Shown here: in pieces, positions 1 to 12,719 of the stretch | Numbering within the stretch: position 1 is the first letter of the stretch | How the letters are laid out: each line of letters opens with the position of its first letter | Position numbers and translations under genes: made by a program | The notes under the pieces: generated by a model | The model's database searches: none | What the model was told of the DNA's origin: nothing | Seen by the model: the letters and a program-made list of their open reading frames with translations, nothing else | Assembly: GCA_051294375.1 (NCBI GenBank) | Contig: CM119263.1 | Span: forward strand, 16,967,114 to 17,031,113 | Length of the DNA stretch: 64,000 bases | Origin: Paraspadella gotoi | Lineage: Eukaryota > Animalia > Chaetognatha | Direction of reading: 5' to 3'

Positions 1-726
1 GATCGACTTTTAAAATGTCACGTACGGATATTATTTAAAAAAATAAAACCTATTGTAAAGATTTTTAGTAATTGCAATTCGCTGAGCGACAATGTATGAC
101 CGTTGCATTTACATTGTCGTTTGCGGTTTTTTGTTTTGTTTTGTTATTATTTGTTAATTAATCAAGTGTTCTTTATTTAAGTTCACGGCCTCTCACATTT
201 TCTTCCCCAGCCACTTTTTTCGTTTTCCTTTAAATCGCCTCACACTCTTTATCCCACGAGCGTCGGACTCGTTTTCCTCCCATTACGAGCTTTTGGGGGA
301 ATAAAGGCGAGGGGGGAACCTGTGGAGAGATAGGGGGCGGAAAATAAAAAAGAGGAAAAAAGGGTAGAAAATAGGAAAAAAAGAAAAGAAGAAAAAGGGA
401 AAAAAAAGTACTAAAAAAAAATGAAAGCAAAGAACGGCGAGAATTACCCATTACTGTTATTATCTATAAGCCAAATGCGAGACAAGAAAAAAAATCCGCA
501 GGAAAAAAAATGAAATAAGCGGATTTTTTTTCTTTGCGGTATTATCGGCGGATGGATTAAACAAATAACTCAACTGGCTCTTAATTGCGTTTGCAACAGA
601 ATGCTTGCAATCAAAGTTTGATGTTGCGTGGTTTTGCGTCAATTTATGCGTGGACGTTTCAATGTGATTGGAGTATGTTTATGCGTGCGTTTCTGATCCG
701 TAAAAGAGAGACAGAAAAAAAAGATG

Positions 727-729
<3 letters not shown>

Positions 730-792
<63 letters not shown>
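730..792. repeat. (AG)n microsatellite, one of many (e.g. 9428-9527, 39473-39569, 41288-41410, 46041-46148, 57330-57431)
   Basis: Read directly from the sequence. Confidence 0.98.
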
Positions 793-795
<3 letters not shown>

Positions 796-1083
796 TTCTT
801 AATCGCAGAAATAAAAAGAAAACAAAAGTAGTAGAAACCGAATGAAAGAAAAAGAGGGAAAGAGAGCAAGTGAGATGGCAAGAAGGATAAAATAAAAAGA
901 AAAGGAAAGAAGAAATAAAATGGAAACGAGAGAAATAAACCGTAAGATGATGAGAGACGGAATAAAATACTGAATTACAGAAACGGAAGGAAAAGTAAGA
1001 AAGTCAAAGGAGGAGGAATTAATGGAAATTGCGAAAAAGGGAGAAAGAAAGATACAAAAAAGAAAGAAAGAGAGAAAGAAAGT

Positions 1084-1085
<2 letters not shown>

Positions 1086-1167
<82 letters not shown>
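1086..1167. repeat. (AAAG)n microsatellite; the complement (TTTC)n occurs at ~55885-55976
   Basis: Read directly from the sequence. Confidence 0.97.
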
Positions 1168-1570
1168 AGGAAAGTAAAAAAAATAAGATTAAGAGAAAAC
1201 AAAAGAAAACGAAAGAGGAAAAGCAAAATGAAAAAAGATGAACGATAAACGGGAAGAAGATAATCAAAGTTTGCGAGAAAGAGGAATAAAGAGAGAAAAC
1301 CCAGGGTATAAAAGATAACGCCAGCGCCAAAAATAAGCGAGTTAAAACCGCGCAAGGGTTTCGTCGGAGCGAGGCGCGCTCTCGCCGCGTGGCGTCGAAT
1401 CGTAAAAACCAATTTCTGTTTTACGGAGAGAAAGAAAAAAAAGACGAGGAAAATAAGGAAACAAAGAAACGGGGGGGGGGTTATCTTTCTCAAAAAAACA
1501 CAAATTTATACGAAAGATTAAACCCACAAATTTCTACGGAAAGATTGAACAAATTAAAATTAAAATTAAA

Positions 1571-3033
1571 TTAAAAGATTAAAGATTTCTCTAATTGTCT
1601 TTTAGCCTCTAAATTGTCTTTTTTAGCCCTCTTATTTGCGCCCACGTCGTAATCGTCCTCGTCATCGTCGTCCTCCTCGTCGCGACAACGGACTTCTCCT
1701 CTTTCGCGAAATCCATCAGCGATTGGAATTCCAAGAGAGAAAGATAAACGGTTCCCAGATTTATCATCACCGTCTTGGTTTGACCAGCTTGCCGGTAAAA
1801 TGGTACAAACTTTAGAAAAAATATTATTTTTTATCAAGATAAAGTGATAAATGACAGAAATAAAATAAAAAAAAAGTACCGCAATTGAAACGGTGGTCCT
1901 GGCGAGCGGATGACACTTGATTCGGCGCTTTCCAATAAGAAAGCGCAGCGATAGCGAACGAGAGATAAAGATGCGATCGCCGGTTACGTTATTATACCCA
2001 GATGTTCTCGCAAGTACTTATATATATATAAATATTTTTTTATTTTATAAATTTTCTTTTTTTTAAAACCGGAAAATAAAAAAATTCACCTCTGGAAATG
2101 GTCAATGTCGGTACGGAGGTTGTCTAACGTAACCGATCGGTATAAAGCGTCTAATTCTGCGAAGGTAACTTAAGCTTATAGATGACCGAGACGATGACGA
2201 TGACGAAGAGGCCGAGCTGGAACCGCCGGAAGAAGAGTCGTATTTTCTCCTCTTTATGACAACGTGAGTGGTTACGTGACAATTACGGCGTAAGAGACAA
2301 GGAATCGTCATGGAACTAATGATGAGGGCAAAAAAAAAAAGTAAGAAAATTGATTCATTCATTCATTTATTCATTCATTCATTCTTCATTTATTCATTCA
2401 TTCATTCATTTATTCATTCATTCATAATCTTACGGGATCGATTGACGTTGTTATATTTGTCGTTTTCAGCCTTAATGGCTTCCAAGGACAACTAATAAAA
2501 AAAATACATAAATATGTAATATATTAAATGTCTCGTGTAATAAGAAGATGGAAAATGAATGGACAATTTTACTATTTTTACTTACTGAACTTCTTCATTT
2601 CTATCACCGCGGTTCCCTCCAGCCGCTTAGTGCCGAGAAAATGTGCCATCTCTTTCTTTTACCGATGTTCGGCGCAAGTGTTTCACCTTTTTTCTACAAA
2701 GAACGAAAAAATTAAATTAAGTTCCGCGTATATATAATATATTCAAAATTACCTTAAATTTAAATTTTTTTTTTTTTAAAGAATTAATGACATCATTTAA
2801 TTGAACACGAGTTCAACGTCTCTCGTCGTACGATTAATTTTATTTCTTTACACCCTTGGCAAGGGTAAATAAATTAGTCTTACAAGTTGGACATACAGCG
2901 TTATCTTTATCATTAATTAATAATTTTTCGTAACAAAAAAATACAAGTTGATGGCCTCCCGACAAACGATGGTGCGCCGTGGGCAGAAAAATCTTCGTAA
3001 CAGACTGGACAACGCATAGACATACTGTCGGGT
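1571..3033 (-). pseudogene. Frameshifted multi-exon RING-finger protein gene or pseudogene, possibly TRIM/RBCC-like
   Basis: After acceptor ttttacag (exon starts 3033), the ATG at 3023 reads MSMRCPVCYEDFSAHGA. A frameshift then gives HHRLSGGHQLVFFCYEKLLINDKDNAVCPTCKT, i.e. CxxC...(C>G)GH...C...CPxC, a degenerate RING. Further AG/GT-bounded blocks: 2693-2586 (tttgtag...gtaagt; TCAEH), 2315-2090 (CLLRRNCHVTTH, KRRK, poly-Ser), 2016-1880 and 1809-1571 (FVPFYRQAG..., acidic DEEDDDD). The last three are separated by ~70-nt AT-rich introns. Several phases do not join without indels. Confidence 0.55.
2353..2424. repeat. (CATT)n microsatellite
   Basis: Read directly from the sequence. Confidence 0.95.
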
Positions 3034-3449
3034 CTGTAAAATAGGTGAGAAAAAAGGTCTTATTTATACCCATACTGAAAAGCACTTGGAAATGTCAAAA
3101 GTCAAGAATAAGTGGCTCGGTTTTGTGATTACACAGTTGTAATTTTTATTTTTCCCCTCTATCTCTGTATTATCAAAAAAATCTTGGCTACGTTCCGCCG
3201 GCCTTATCGATTCTTTTAAAGAAATCAGTCTCGTTCCAAAATCGTCGTTGTAATAACGTTTGTAATAACGGCTAAAAAAATGAAAAACTATCCTTACAAC
3301 TTCGTTAATCTTTTACTTACTATTAAAAGATGTTTTTTTTTGCGTGGTGGAACCCGATCAGGTAAACTCGTTAGTAATACTTTATTTTATTAAAATTTTG
3401 TTTAATAATAAAAAAATCCATTAAGATACTTACGGTAAAACCGAAAGGG

Positions 3450-3960
3450 TCAACGGTGAAGAAACGCGTCCCCCTTTCTGGTGGACGAAAAGTCAACGAC
3501 GATGGTTAAGACGACGACGGTTTCCATCACGACACCACCATGGAGCACGACACGAGCGAGATGAAAACGAAAGAAGTGAGCGAGACGAACAAAATGACGA
3601 TGACGACCAAAGAGGTAGCCGCAACGACCCAAGCGATGGAGACGACTGGGGATTGCGAACGACCCATGACGAGTTGAGACGACTGAAGATTGGCGAACGG
3701 ACCCATGGACGAGTTTGAGACGTGAAGATTGCCAACGACCCATGGACAAGTTGAGACGACTGAAGATTGGCGAACGAGCGGAGGGAATACGATGGAAACA
3801 ACGATTGGCTCGACAAAGACGGAAGAGACGACGACGACCGATGAACCATATGCCAGAATCGACGAAACGACCAAAATTGATGAAACAAAAGCACGAGCGG
3901 CAAAATGTTAACTTGGACAACGATGATGACACGATGATGACACGAGGATAACAATGATGA
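3450..3960 (+). CDS. Probable Thr/Glu-rich mucin-like exon with 13-aa repeats, broken by indels
   Basis: ACG-codon-rich frames read STTMVKTTTVSITTPPWSTT / EMKTKEVSETNKMTMTTKEVAATTQAMETTGD / TTHGQVETTEDWRTSGGNTMETTIGSTKTEETTTTDEPY. The repeat unit is a multiple of 3. Single-base indels switch frame. Boundaries are approximate. Confidence 0.45.
3624..3773 (+). repeat. Four ~39-bp tandem units (TTHGQVETTEDWR)
   Basis: Units start at 3624, 3659, 3697 and 3735; the cleanest is acgacccatggacaagttgagacgactgaagattggcga. Confidence 0.85.
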
Positions 3961-5574
3961 TGAATTCATACTACTAGTATGATGGAACAAAATAAAACCC
4001 GGCTTCAAAAAAATAACTAACCATGGACTAGTTCCATAGGTTTGAAGATTCGACCATTTCGTGGGAATAACCAAAACGCTAACTGCAACAGAGATAAAGG
4101 AGAAGGGGATTTAACGATGAATTTGGTGATAAATTTTTTACAGTCGGGATGAGCGTCAGGAGAACTTATTGGTGGTTTTCACCATTTTATTAAAGTAAAT
4201 AAATTAATTCAACATCAAATTAAAAAAATCGACCCTCTCCGCCCAACGAACGTCGAGCATTAATAAATACTATAAAAGAAAAAATAAGAGTATTAGAAAA
4301 ATATGAGAGAAACAGGGAGAAGATCCTGATTCCGGCGAAAGAAGAGGAATCGATGGCGAAGTGACGCAAAAAACCTTCGCATCTCTGTGAAAAAAAAAGA
4401 AAAATTAAGGAGATATTATAACTTACCTTTCTGGAAAGTAAAAATAATAAGGTTTGAGATTCGGTGATAACCATTGTCATCGTCTTCTTCGACGAAAGAA
4501 CAATTATCACGAAGAAACAACGTTTATAGAACTACATTGAGGGAAAACCCCACTTCATTAAAAACATTTGGAAATATTGATAAAAAGAAACCAAATTGAA
4601 ATGACGTACGAAACTGACGAAAATAAAAAGTGGAGAAACTAATGAAAGCGAAAGTGAACAGAATATGGTAAAACTATCTAGCATAGTAATTCCAAACATT
4701 CCATTCGTCCTAAAAAATCAACGCGATGCCTGACTTATTTGAATAAACAATAAAGAGAGTGGGGTGAATAGAGGGAACTAAAAATTATTTGTTAATTTTT
4801 TTGACCAATTTTACTAATAAAACTAGAAAAATATCCGACACTGTTAGATCTATCAATAAACAAAAGACGTAAAGAGGTTCGATGAGAAGAGACACCTGGC
4901 GGTTTCGCGCGGCTAAAAAGCGTTACGTCAGCATTTTTTTTACGTCAGAATTTTTTCTGGCAGTCGGCTAGACAGTCGGCCAGATAGAAAAAGATAAGAA
5001 AGTCTAGTCGAATCGATTCGCTAAACGAAAGTGCGATTGTACCGTTCTTCTGAGTAACTTGATTTAAGCGATAAGTTTCGAGCGGCGCGAATCTTTATCC
5101 TGGTCAAGGTGTGGTCAAACTGTGGACCACGTCTCAGTCAGCTAAACAATCGGCTAACGATCCGTCGAAATCAAAACGCAGCTGGCGGTTTCACAGAGTG
5201 ATAATCAACAGCTAGAAATCGTTACGACAGCGTTCTTTCTGTGAATCTTGATAAAGCGATAGTTTTTTGAGTTTCGAGTGTCCGCAAACCTTATCAAGAT
5301 GGCCAGAGGTGTAATAGTATATCTCTAACGAACGAACGAAAAATAGTAATATGAATTTATTTGATAAATCTGTAGCAAGACAACGGACACCTTAGATCCG
5401 AGATCTGTCACGCGATTCGCCGGGGAAAGAGTACAGAAAGCTCAGATTTGGATCATGAGGGAAAGCGCGACAAGCGCTCGAGGCTCGAGCTGCTTGAAAT
5501 TCCGAAAACGATAGTTTTGGTGTTCTTGCATTCTCATTCTCATGCATTTTCACTGTTTCTTTGTTTTCTCTTCT

Positions 5575-5599
5575 NNNNNNNNNNNNNNNNNNNNNNNNN
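5575..5599. other. Assembly gap of 25 N (others at 12720, 19334, 32843, 42646, 59413; 10 N at 50860)
   Basis: N runs in the sequence. Confidence 1.
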
Positions 5600-5955
5600 A
5601 ATATGTAAAGAAAAAAAGAAAGAAAAAAAAACCATAGAAAGAAAGCATCTATCAAGAAGGCGACTTCAAGGCCACCCACGGCGTTAGAAAGGAAACGCTG
5701 TTTCATTGGCGGAAGTTCTCGTGGCGTCAGCTTCGTCTTACAAAGGATTTCAAGAAACGCCCCGTTGGTTTATTCTTAGTTTTTTTGCACGATTGCGGCT
5801 GTTTCATGTCCGCAATTAAAATGTATGTATTTAGTCTATCAAGGTTCCACTGGTTCCAGTCTGTTACTTTAACTGCTTTTTTGTATTGCTCGTACTGTCC
5901 TGAAGTTTTCCGAGGATTAGCTATTGGCAATTGATTTCTTTGGATTTGTTTTTAG

Positions 5956-6716
5956 AAAATAGTTGACATCTTTTGAAAGACTGAGTAACAAAGACGACGC
6001 CGACGACGGCGACGTCAATCGTCTGAAGGTCGTGCGAATGCATTTGAGCGACTTTGAAGATTTCCGATGCGAGAAGACGAATCGATAAAAATCGAAAAAT
6101 ATTCACAGTTGGAATCGAAAATCGTCGACGATTCCAACCAACGAAGCCGCCGCAGCCGCCGCAGCCGCCGCCGCAGCCGCAGGCGCCGCCGCACCCGCCG
6201 CAGCCGCCGCAGCAGCCGCCGCCGACGACACCACCTACTCAAAAGACGAACTCAAGGACTGAGAAAAAAACCTTGACTTGTCCTCGAAAGAAGCGAAGAT
6301 GAAGACGACGCCGACGACGGGCTCGTGGACCACAGCCCTTGACCCTCAGGACGGAAAGGAGCGGCGGAGACAGGAGTCGAAGATCATCAAAACTTTTTTG
6401 GGTGCAAAGAGGGGAGAGTTGTACTGAAGTACTAGTTCACGGAGCTCTTCTTGGATCGTATAAATAGTCAAAAGAAATGTACAACCCTGGTTGTTTATGA
6501 TTGAATTCTCATTCAGGAATCATTGGATACAATGCAACTGAAAAACGGAAATGCGGCGAGCTTAGAACCCCAGAATTTCTAGCCACGCCTTCGGAACTAA
6601 ATCGAATTCCTAAATAAAAACGAACTGCAGAAGAGCGAGAGAAGAGGAGAGAGAGGAGGAGAGAAGAAGAGCGAGAGAGAAGACGAGAGAGGAGAGAGAG
6701 AGACCTTTCGAGGCAG
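5956..6716 (+). CDS. Candidate exons of an unknown acidic/poly-Ala protein (frameshifted)
   Basis: Acceptor tttttag at ~5955. Frames read LSNKDDADDGDVNRLKVVRMHLSDFED / NE(A)n...DDTTYSKDELKD / SEDEDDADDGLVDH. A second block runs from acceptor attcag (6517) to donor cag|gtaaga (6717). No family recognised; the region lies next to a gap. Confidence 0.25.
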
Positions 6717-6797
6717 GTAAGAACAATTGAGCCGGCGGATGAGAGAACGCCCAGAAGAAAGACGAGACAGTTAAGCAACAAACGAAGAAAAGAGGCA

Positions 6798-6849
<52 letters not shown>

Positions 6850-7041
6850 GAGGAGAGAGAGCAGAGAGAGAGAGAGAGACTGGAGGAATCAAGTGAAGGG
6901 TAGATCGTATGAAAAGAAAGAAAAGGAACTGTCTGCCGAGTGAATCAATAGAAGAAAAATTTAAAAAGAAGATATTGAACGAAAAAGGAAAAGAAAAGAA
7001 AAAAACCATGGTATATGGTAGAGACGAAGAGAAGAGAGAGA

Positions 7042-7096
<55 letters not shown>

Positions 7097-9424
7097 CGGG
7101 AACGTCTCCGCCTTCCTTGGCTAAGAGGAGAAATATTGAATTTTCTAAGAATCTTTTGAATTTGAGTTGAAACTTCGATTTTTTTTTCAGTGCGTCTTCT
7201 AACGTTACCCAAGAATAAATATTTACAATAGGCAAAAGATAAGGGACGATGCAGATGACGAGGGTTTAAGCGGAAATTCGTCCTCCAAATTATAACAAGA
7301 AAGAAAAAAAGAAAAAAAAAGAAAGAAATTACAATTCAATTACTTTTCACTTTATACTTAATCTTAAAAAGGAGTTTTCTCTATTTTTATTTTTCATTTT
7401 TCATTCACGGTTAAAAATTAGATCTCATAAAGGTTTATTAGGTCTTTTCTCCCTCCTTTTTTTTCCACCATCAACTGGAGGCCAATCTCTGGAGTTTTGA
7501 TCCGACGCGGATCATTTCATCAAATTGAAAGAGGAGGAGGTTCAAGATCAGCTTCTTCGTCCTGTCTTGTTTTATCTCTTTATAATTATATATTGAAAAT
7601 TTTCGACTTTATTTTAGATTTTTTCATAGTCTTACCTCTCTTATAACCATTTTGAAATTAAACTTATCTAAAGACTTATCTCTTATCATATCTCTTTTCT
7701 CACACCACATCTTGTACCTCCCCCGATTTAACTGCCAATCTCACTCCACTTTTCCCTCCGATTTACTCAACACTTGATTTATTTATTCGCAATCCTCGTT
7801 TTTTTTTTCTTTTTCCCTTTTCCGTCTTTACTTCACCTCATACTCGCTGCGATCTTAACTCCTTCCTTCTTTCCTTCTCTTCTACGAATCTCAACTAATC
7901 TTTTCATCTCCCCCCCACCCCCTCCACCTCCCCCTCCCCAATCATCTGCCCCCTTGATCTGCCCTCCCTCTTCTTGATTCCATTGTTCCGATCATTTTTT
8001 TTCTCTTTATCATCCTTCTTTTTAGTCTCGGCTGCAGCGAAGATTCATTAAGACAATTTCTAGACGGTAGGTTGGTGTGGCTATCTTTTGTATTTGTCGA
8101 TATCTTTATGTTTCCATATTTCTCATAAATATAACATATAGATTAAAAAATATATATTTACATAAATATTGACCAAAAACTTCTTCACTCGACGGAATAA
8201 TTATATAACCATCCTTCTGTCTGTCAGTATAATAAACTAGAATAACATAGAGCGACAAGACTGATACGTTTCTTGAGTTTTTCTTCAGAACTCACAGTCG
8301 ATACTCCGTCTTTCAATTCCTTTCACCTTCCGGTTTTTATCTCGCGTCGTTTTTATTGCATTCATTCATTTCTTCATATTTTTTTTCTCCCCTACTTCCT
8401 TTTCCTTCATACTTCATTTCTTTCTCTCACGCTTTTTTTTAAAAAAACTTCTTCCTCGGCTCCTTCGTCGTCTTTTTTTCCCTTTTATTTCCTCATTTTT
8501 ATTTTCGTTACATCGTACAAGATGGCGGGAAGAAAGTAATATCGCGTTTGTTATTACCAATGGCAGTCGATCGTTGTTGTTTCGCCTTTTTTTTTTTCCA
8601 TTTCCTTTTTTTTTTCTCCCTTCTTCCCCTATCTCATTTAATTTCCCTCGTTCTCCGGCGACGAGACAGACTCCGTCGTCTTCTCTCATTTCATATTTCC
8701 TTCCGTTTTTCTTTCTTTTCTTTTTACGACATTTCTTCTTTTTTTTTTTTTAAATGTTAACGAAGGATCGGGGCGCCGCCATCGGAGGTGAATGAAACTT
8801 TGTGGCGACGAAAGAAAAGAAAAAATAAACGTCGGGCGATGGAGGAATTCATCATATAGCCCAGCGTAGGGTGGCGCGTCGTTAGGAATTTTTCTAGACT
8901 ATATAATGTCTGGTAAAAGATATTTGGCGATCGTAAAAGCGAAACGTTATTATCGGATGGATACGTTTTTATGTTGTCTGTTCGTTTGTCTATCGGTCCA
9001 TGTATTCGTCGGTCAATGAGATTATCAAAAAATGACGTAAAACGACAAATTTAACTGTAGTTAAATTCCCATTTAATAGTGCTGAAAGAATTAAGTCTAT
9101 TAAAAAACTTTGCAAAAGGAAAAAAAAACAAACTCGTTATTAATATTCCCACTCTTTCAGCGAATCGCAAATGTCAAAACTGCCGATATTTTTTTTTTCC
9201 CGCCGCGCGCCTAAAAGTTTTCGTTCCCCGGGGGATAAATGAAAATTTAATCTCCTCAACGCGGGGATTAGCGCGAAAAACTGGGAGTGATTGATGCACT
9301 CTAACCTTGGATTAGCCTCCGTCGTCTCCCCGCGCTTTTGTTCTTAGATTTTCTTTATGCAACGCTTCTAACTACTTTTTCTTCTTCTTTTATCCATTTT
9401 TAATTCAATTCATGTAAATTTCCC

Positions 9425-9529
<105 letters not shown>

Positions 9530-10688
9530 GAGTCGATTTTTTCTTCATTTTCTTCGAAGAAATATGCAGATGGTTCATTGATGGGTTTGTTTGAGGTCTT
9601 CAAATCACCTTTTCATTGTTTTTCCTGCTCAATTTCCGCTCTTCTCGGAAGCCACGAATTCACGAACCGCAAGGAAGACCTACGGGGAAAGTTGAAGTTT
9701 GTTTTCGAAACTGTCAACCCTGATGAAAGACTGCTGCGGATAAGACCAAAATTGTTGCGGAAATTCTGCGCAACTCTCTTCACCAGAAACAGAGCGATTC
9801 CATCGTCACGACGGCCTTGCCAACAGCAACGTCCTTACTAATCATTTTCTCTTAAAGATGGCCCCTAAGATTCTCAAACAGACAAGCAACGCATCTCAAA
9901 ACTTGGCAACAAAAAATGGTTGAATTTATGAAATGGTTCCCACGCGAATGATTAGAGTACAAAGGATTTCGGTTCAAATTCAGAGGCGCGAACCATTGTT
10001 GAAAAAAAAAGAGCAAGGGAGCGAAATGCTTTGTTGTCGTGGCTGTCAACAGATGTTTACTTCTTTTTGGCAGGAAAACGAAATGCGACTTTGCCCCGTA
10101 AATTAAGACCGACGAACGTTTTGACGAACACGACATACAAACGAAGGCTTTTCCTTGTACAATGTACATTATTCAAGGAGAAAAGCCTTCAATGTACATT
10201 GTACAAGTACATTAAAAATGAACTATTTGACATCAAATAACTGAACAGTTTATCAGTTTTCAGAAATTGCATAAACTTAATAAACTTGTTTCGAAAGTCG
10301 CGCCACCGGCCAGCGTCTGTTTTTGTTTACGAATTAATACCGTCGGAAAAAAAACAAGACGTGAGCGAATGAATAACGAGCCTCCGTAACAAACGAGCGG
10401 TTGTCTGCTTGGCAAGATACTTTGAATATTTGAGGCAGACTCGAAATGCATTATGCATGGAGAGTCGGCGGCGAGAAGAGAGACAAGAAAAGCTCGTTCG
10501 AGGAAAATATATCAGGTGAGTCTCGAGCGATCGATTAATAAACGTCTCTAGGATTTGAGTCGATGTTGGGATCCGCTGGCGACGAAGTAATCGGGAAGAC
10601 GATCGATCTTCCCTTCAATAATTTATTGGGTAATCTTTCGTCAATCGATTTCCGGCGTCGCGATTCGGCGTCGTGTGTCCAGGGGCAA

Positions 10689-11887
10689 AGATCCCGCTGT
10701 CTATGACTATCAAGATTGGAGAAGCAGCGCGTGGGCGGTGTTGCGGTTTTTGGAAACGTTGATGGATAAAAGAATGTTGAATAAGTAAGGTCAGAAGTTA
10801 GAAGCAGTTAGAGTAAGTTGGAGGGCATTTACCTCAGAGAAAAGCATGAGTCAGTCTAAGATTAAAAGTTGAAACGAATTATTTACTTATTTATAAAACA
10901 TTGAATTGGTTTGAATCAATACACAAAAAAGCGGCAGAGAACTGCAAAAAATTTTATATCATCGCAGCAGTATCAGTGTTAATTTACGTCATACGCTAAT
11001 CAGATAGCGACGTTTATTTATGAATAGATATGACGAATGAAGAGATAGTGAAACTGAGTGACAGACCGACGACCATACTTCACGCCGAGTTTGCTAAATT
11101 GAGAGGGCTATGGCTTATTACTGGATTATACGTTACCTGCCAATAAATCAATTAAATCACTACTTAATTTTCTACAACCTCACAATAATGCAAGTGAGAT
11201 TCTAAAACTTCAGAAATCATCCCCGTCGAAAACAATTAAACTCTTAAAAGCTGCCGTCCGTGAAAACGTGACTTCCGCCTGACGAAATTCTCTCGAGTAT
11301 CGAGAGCTGAGAATCTAGAAATTCCTCCTCATTCTTTTATAATTATGTATCTGACGCCTCCGTCATTTCTTTCTTGACAGCGGATTCGATATTTTCGTTT
11401 CATCGAGCAAAAATGTCTCGTCATTTGTTGTTGTTGTTGTTTTTCTTTTTGATTGAGGAGATTTCGATGAAAAGCTTTTTCCGAGTTTGTGACAGACAGA
11501 AATGCGGAATTGTGGAATTGCGGAATTGCGCTCATGTGTTTTTTATTTGATTTTTTGTCAATGCTATTACTTTTAAACGATTTTCTCTCAGTTTTAAACG
11601 ATTTTCTATCAGTTTTAAACGATTTTCTGTTAGTTTCAAACTAATGGACTAAACCATAATTTGAAAGTAAAAATAAAACGACATTAGGAAAGTGAACTCT
11701 TTCGATGCTGTTCCTGAAAGTATTCGATAACGATATTATTATCATTATTATATTTTTCTCCCCTCATTAGTTCGACCGCCCCTCGACGCCCCAACTTCCC
11801 CGCCTCAATTCCCGACGTGCATCTTTGCCCATAAAACGCCTCCAGTCTTCGCCCGCCTTCGAATCTTCCGCCTGCATCTCTTTTTTC

Positions 11888-11926
<39 letters not shown>

Positions 11927-12382
11927 TTTTGCAGCCCATTGCTCTTCCACCCAATTAGATCTTCGTTCCCTCTCGCCCACCATCGCCGGCGATCGTCCGA
12001 CCTCTAGAGGCTCCGAGTCATTGACGCCGCCGCCAGTCGCCCGCCTGCCCGACACCCGCCGCACGACTTCCTCTTCCTTGTTTTTTTCATTTATATCCTC
12101 GTTTCGCCCACACCACTCTCAGCCCACGACCCAATCCTTGCGGCCGAGTTTGTTTAGTTTTTTCTCAGATTTGCCGACGTCGCCGACCACAAACATGATC
12201 CCTCCTCTTTCCATTCCATCTTTCCAACACCAACCAACATTCCCAATTGACTCCCACTTACATACTTAAGCATTTCCTCTCCTCGCTTCTTTTAACCAGA
12301 CTGCCCTTTTTTTCCCCGCCCGGCACAACCAAACTCTCTCTCTTTCTCTCTCTCTCCCTCTCTCCCTCTCTATCTTTTTCTC

Positions 12383-12450
<68 letters not shown>

Positions 12451-12464
12451 TCTATCTCCTCTCT

Positions 12465-12509
<45 letters not shown>

Positions 12510-12719
12510 AAAAGCGCCATCTCTCTTTCCACCCACGGTTGTCGTGTTTTTCCCCAAAAATTCGAAGCCGTCCGGTTTTCCCCGCCCTCGTCTTTGGCAA
12601 GGCTTAAGCATATACGACGACGACGACGACGACGAGAACAACGAAGACGACGACGACGTGGCGAAAACGATTAACGTTGAAAAGCTAATAAACGCTCTCG
12701 TTCGGCGGCCTCTCTCTCT
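10689..12719 (+). repeat. Partial copy A of the triplicated segment, ending at a 25-N gap
   Basis: Starts agatcc..ctatcaagattggagaagcagcgcgtggg; collinear with the start of the segments at 12745 and 19359. Confidence 0.95.

Noticed and set aside
3624-3773. CRISPR-like array
   Set aside because: Head-to-tail units without unique spacers, eukaryotic context, and no cas genes
9530-9841. Coding-like block after a (CT)n acceptor
   Set aside because: No recognisable family and no donor site; insufficient support for a CDS call
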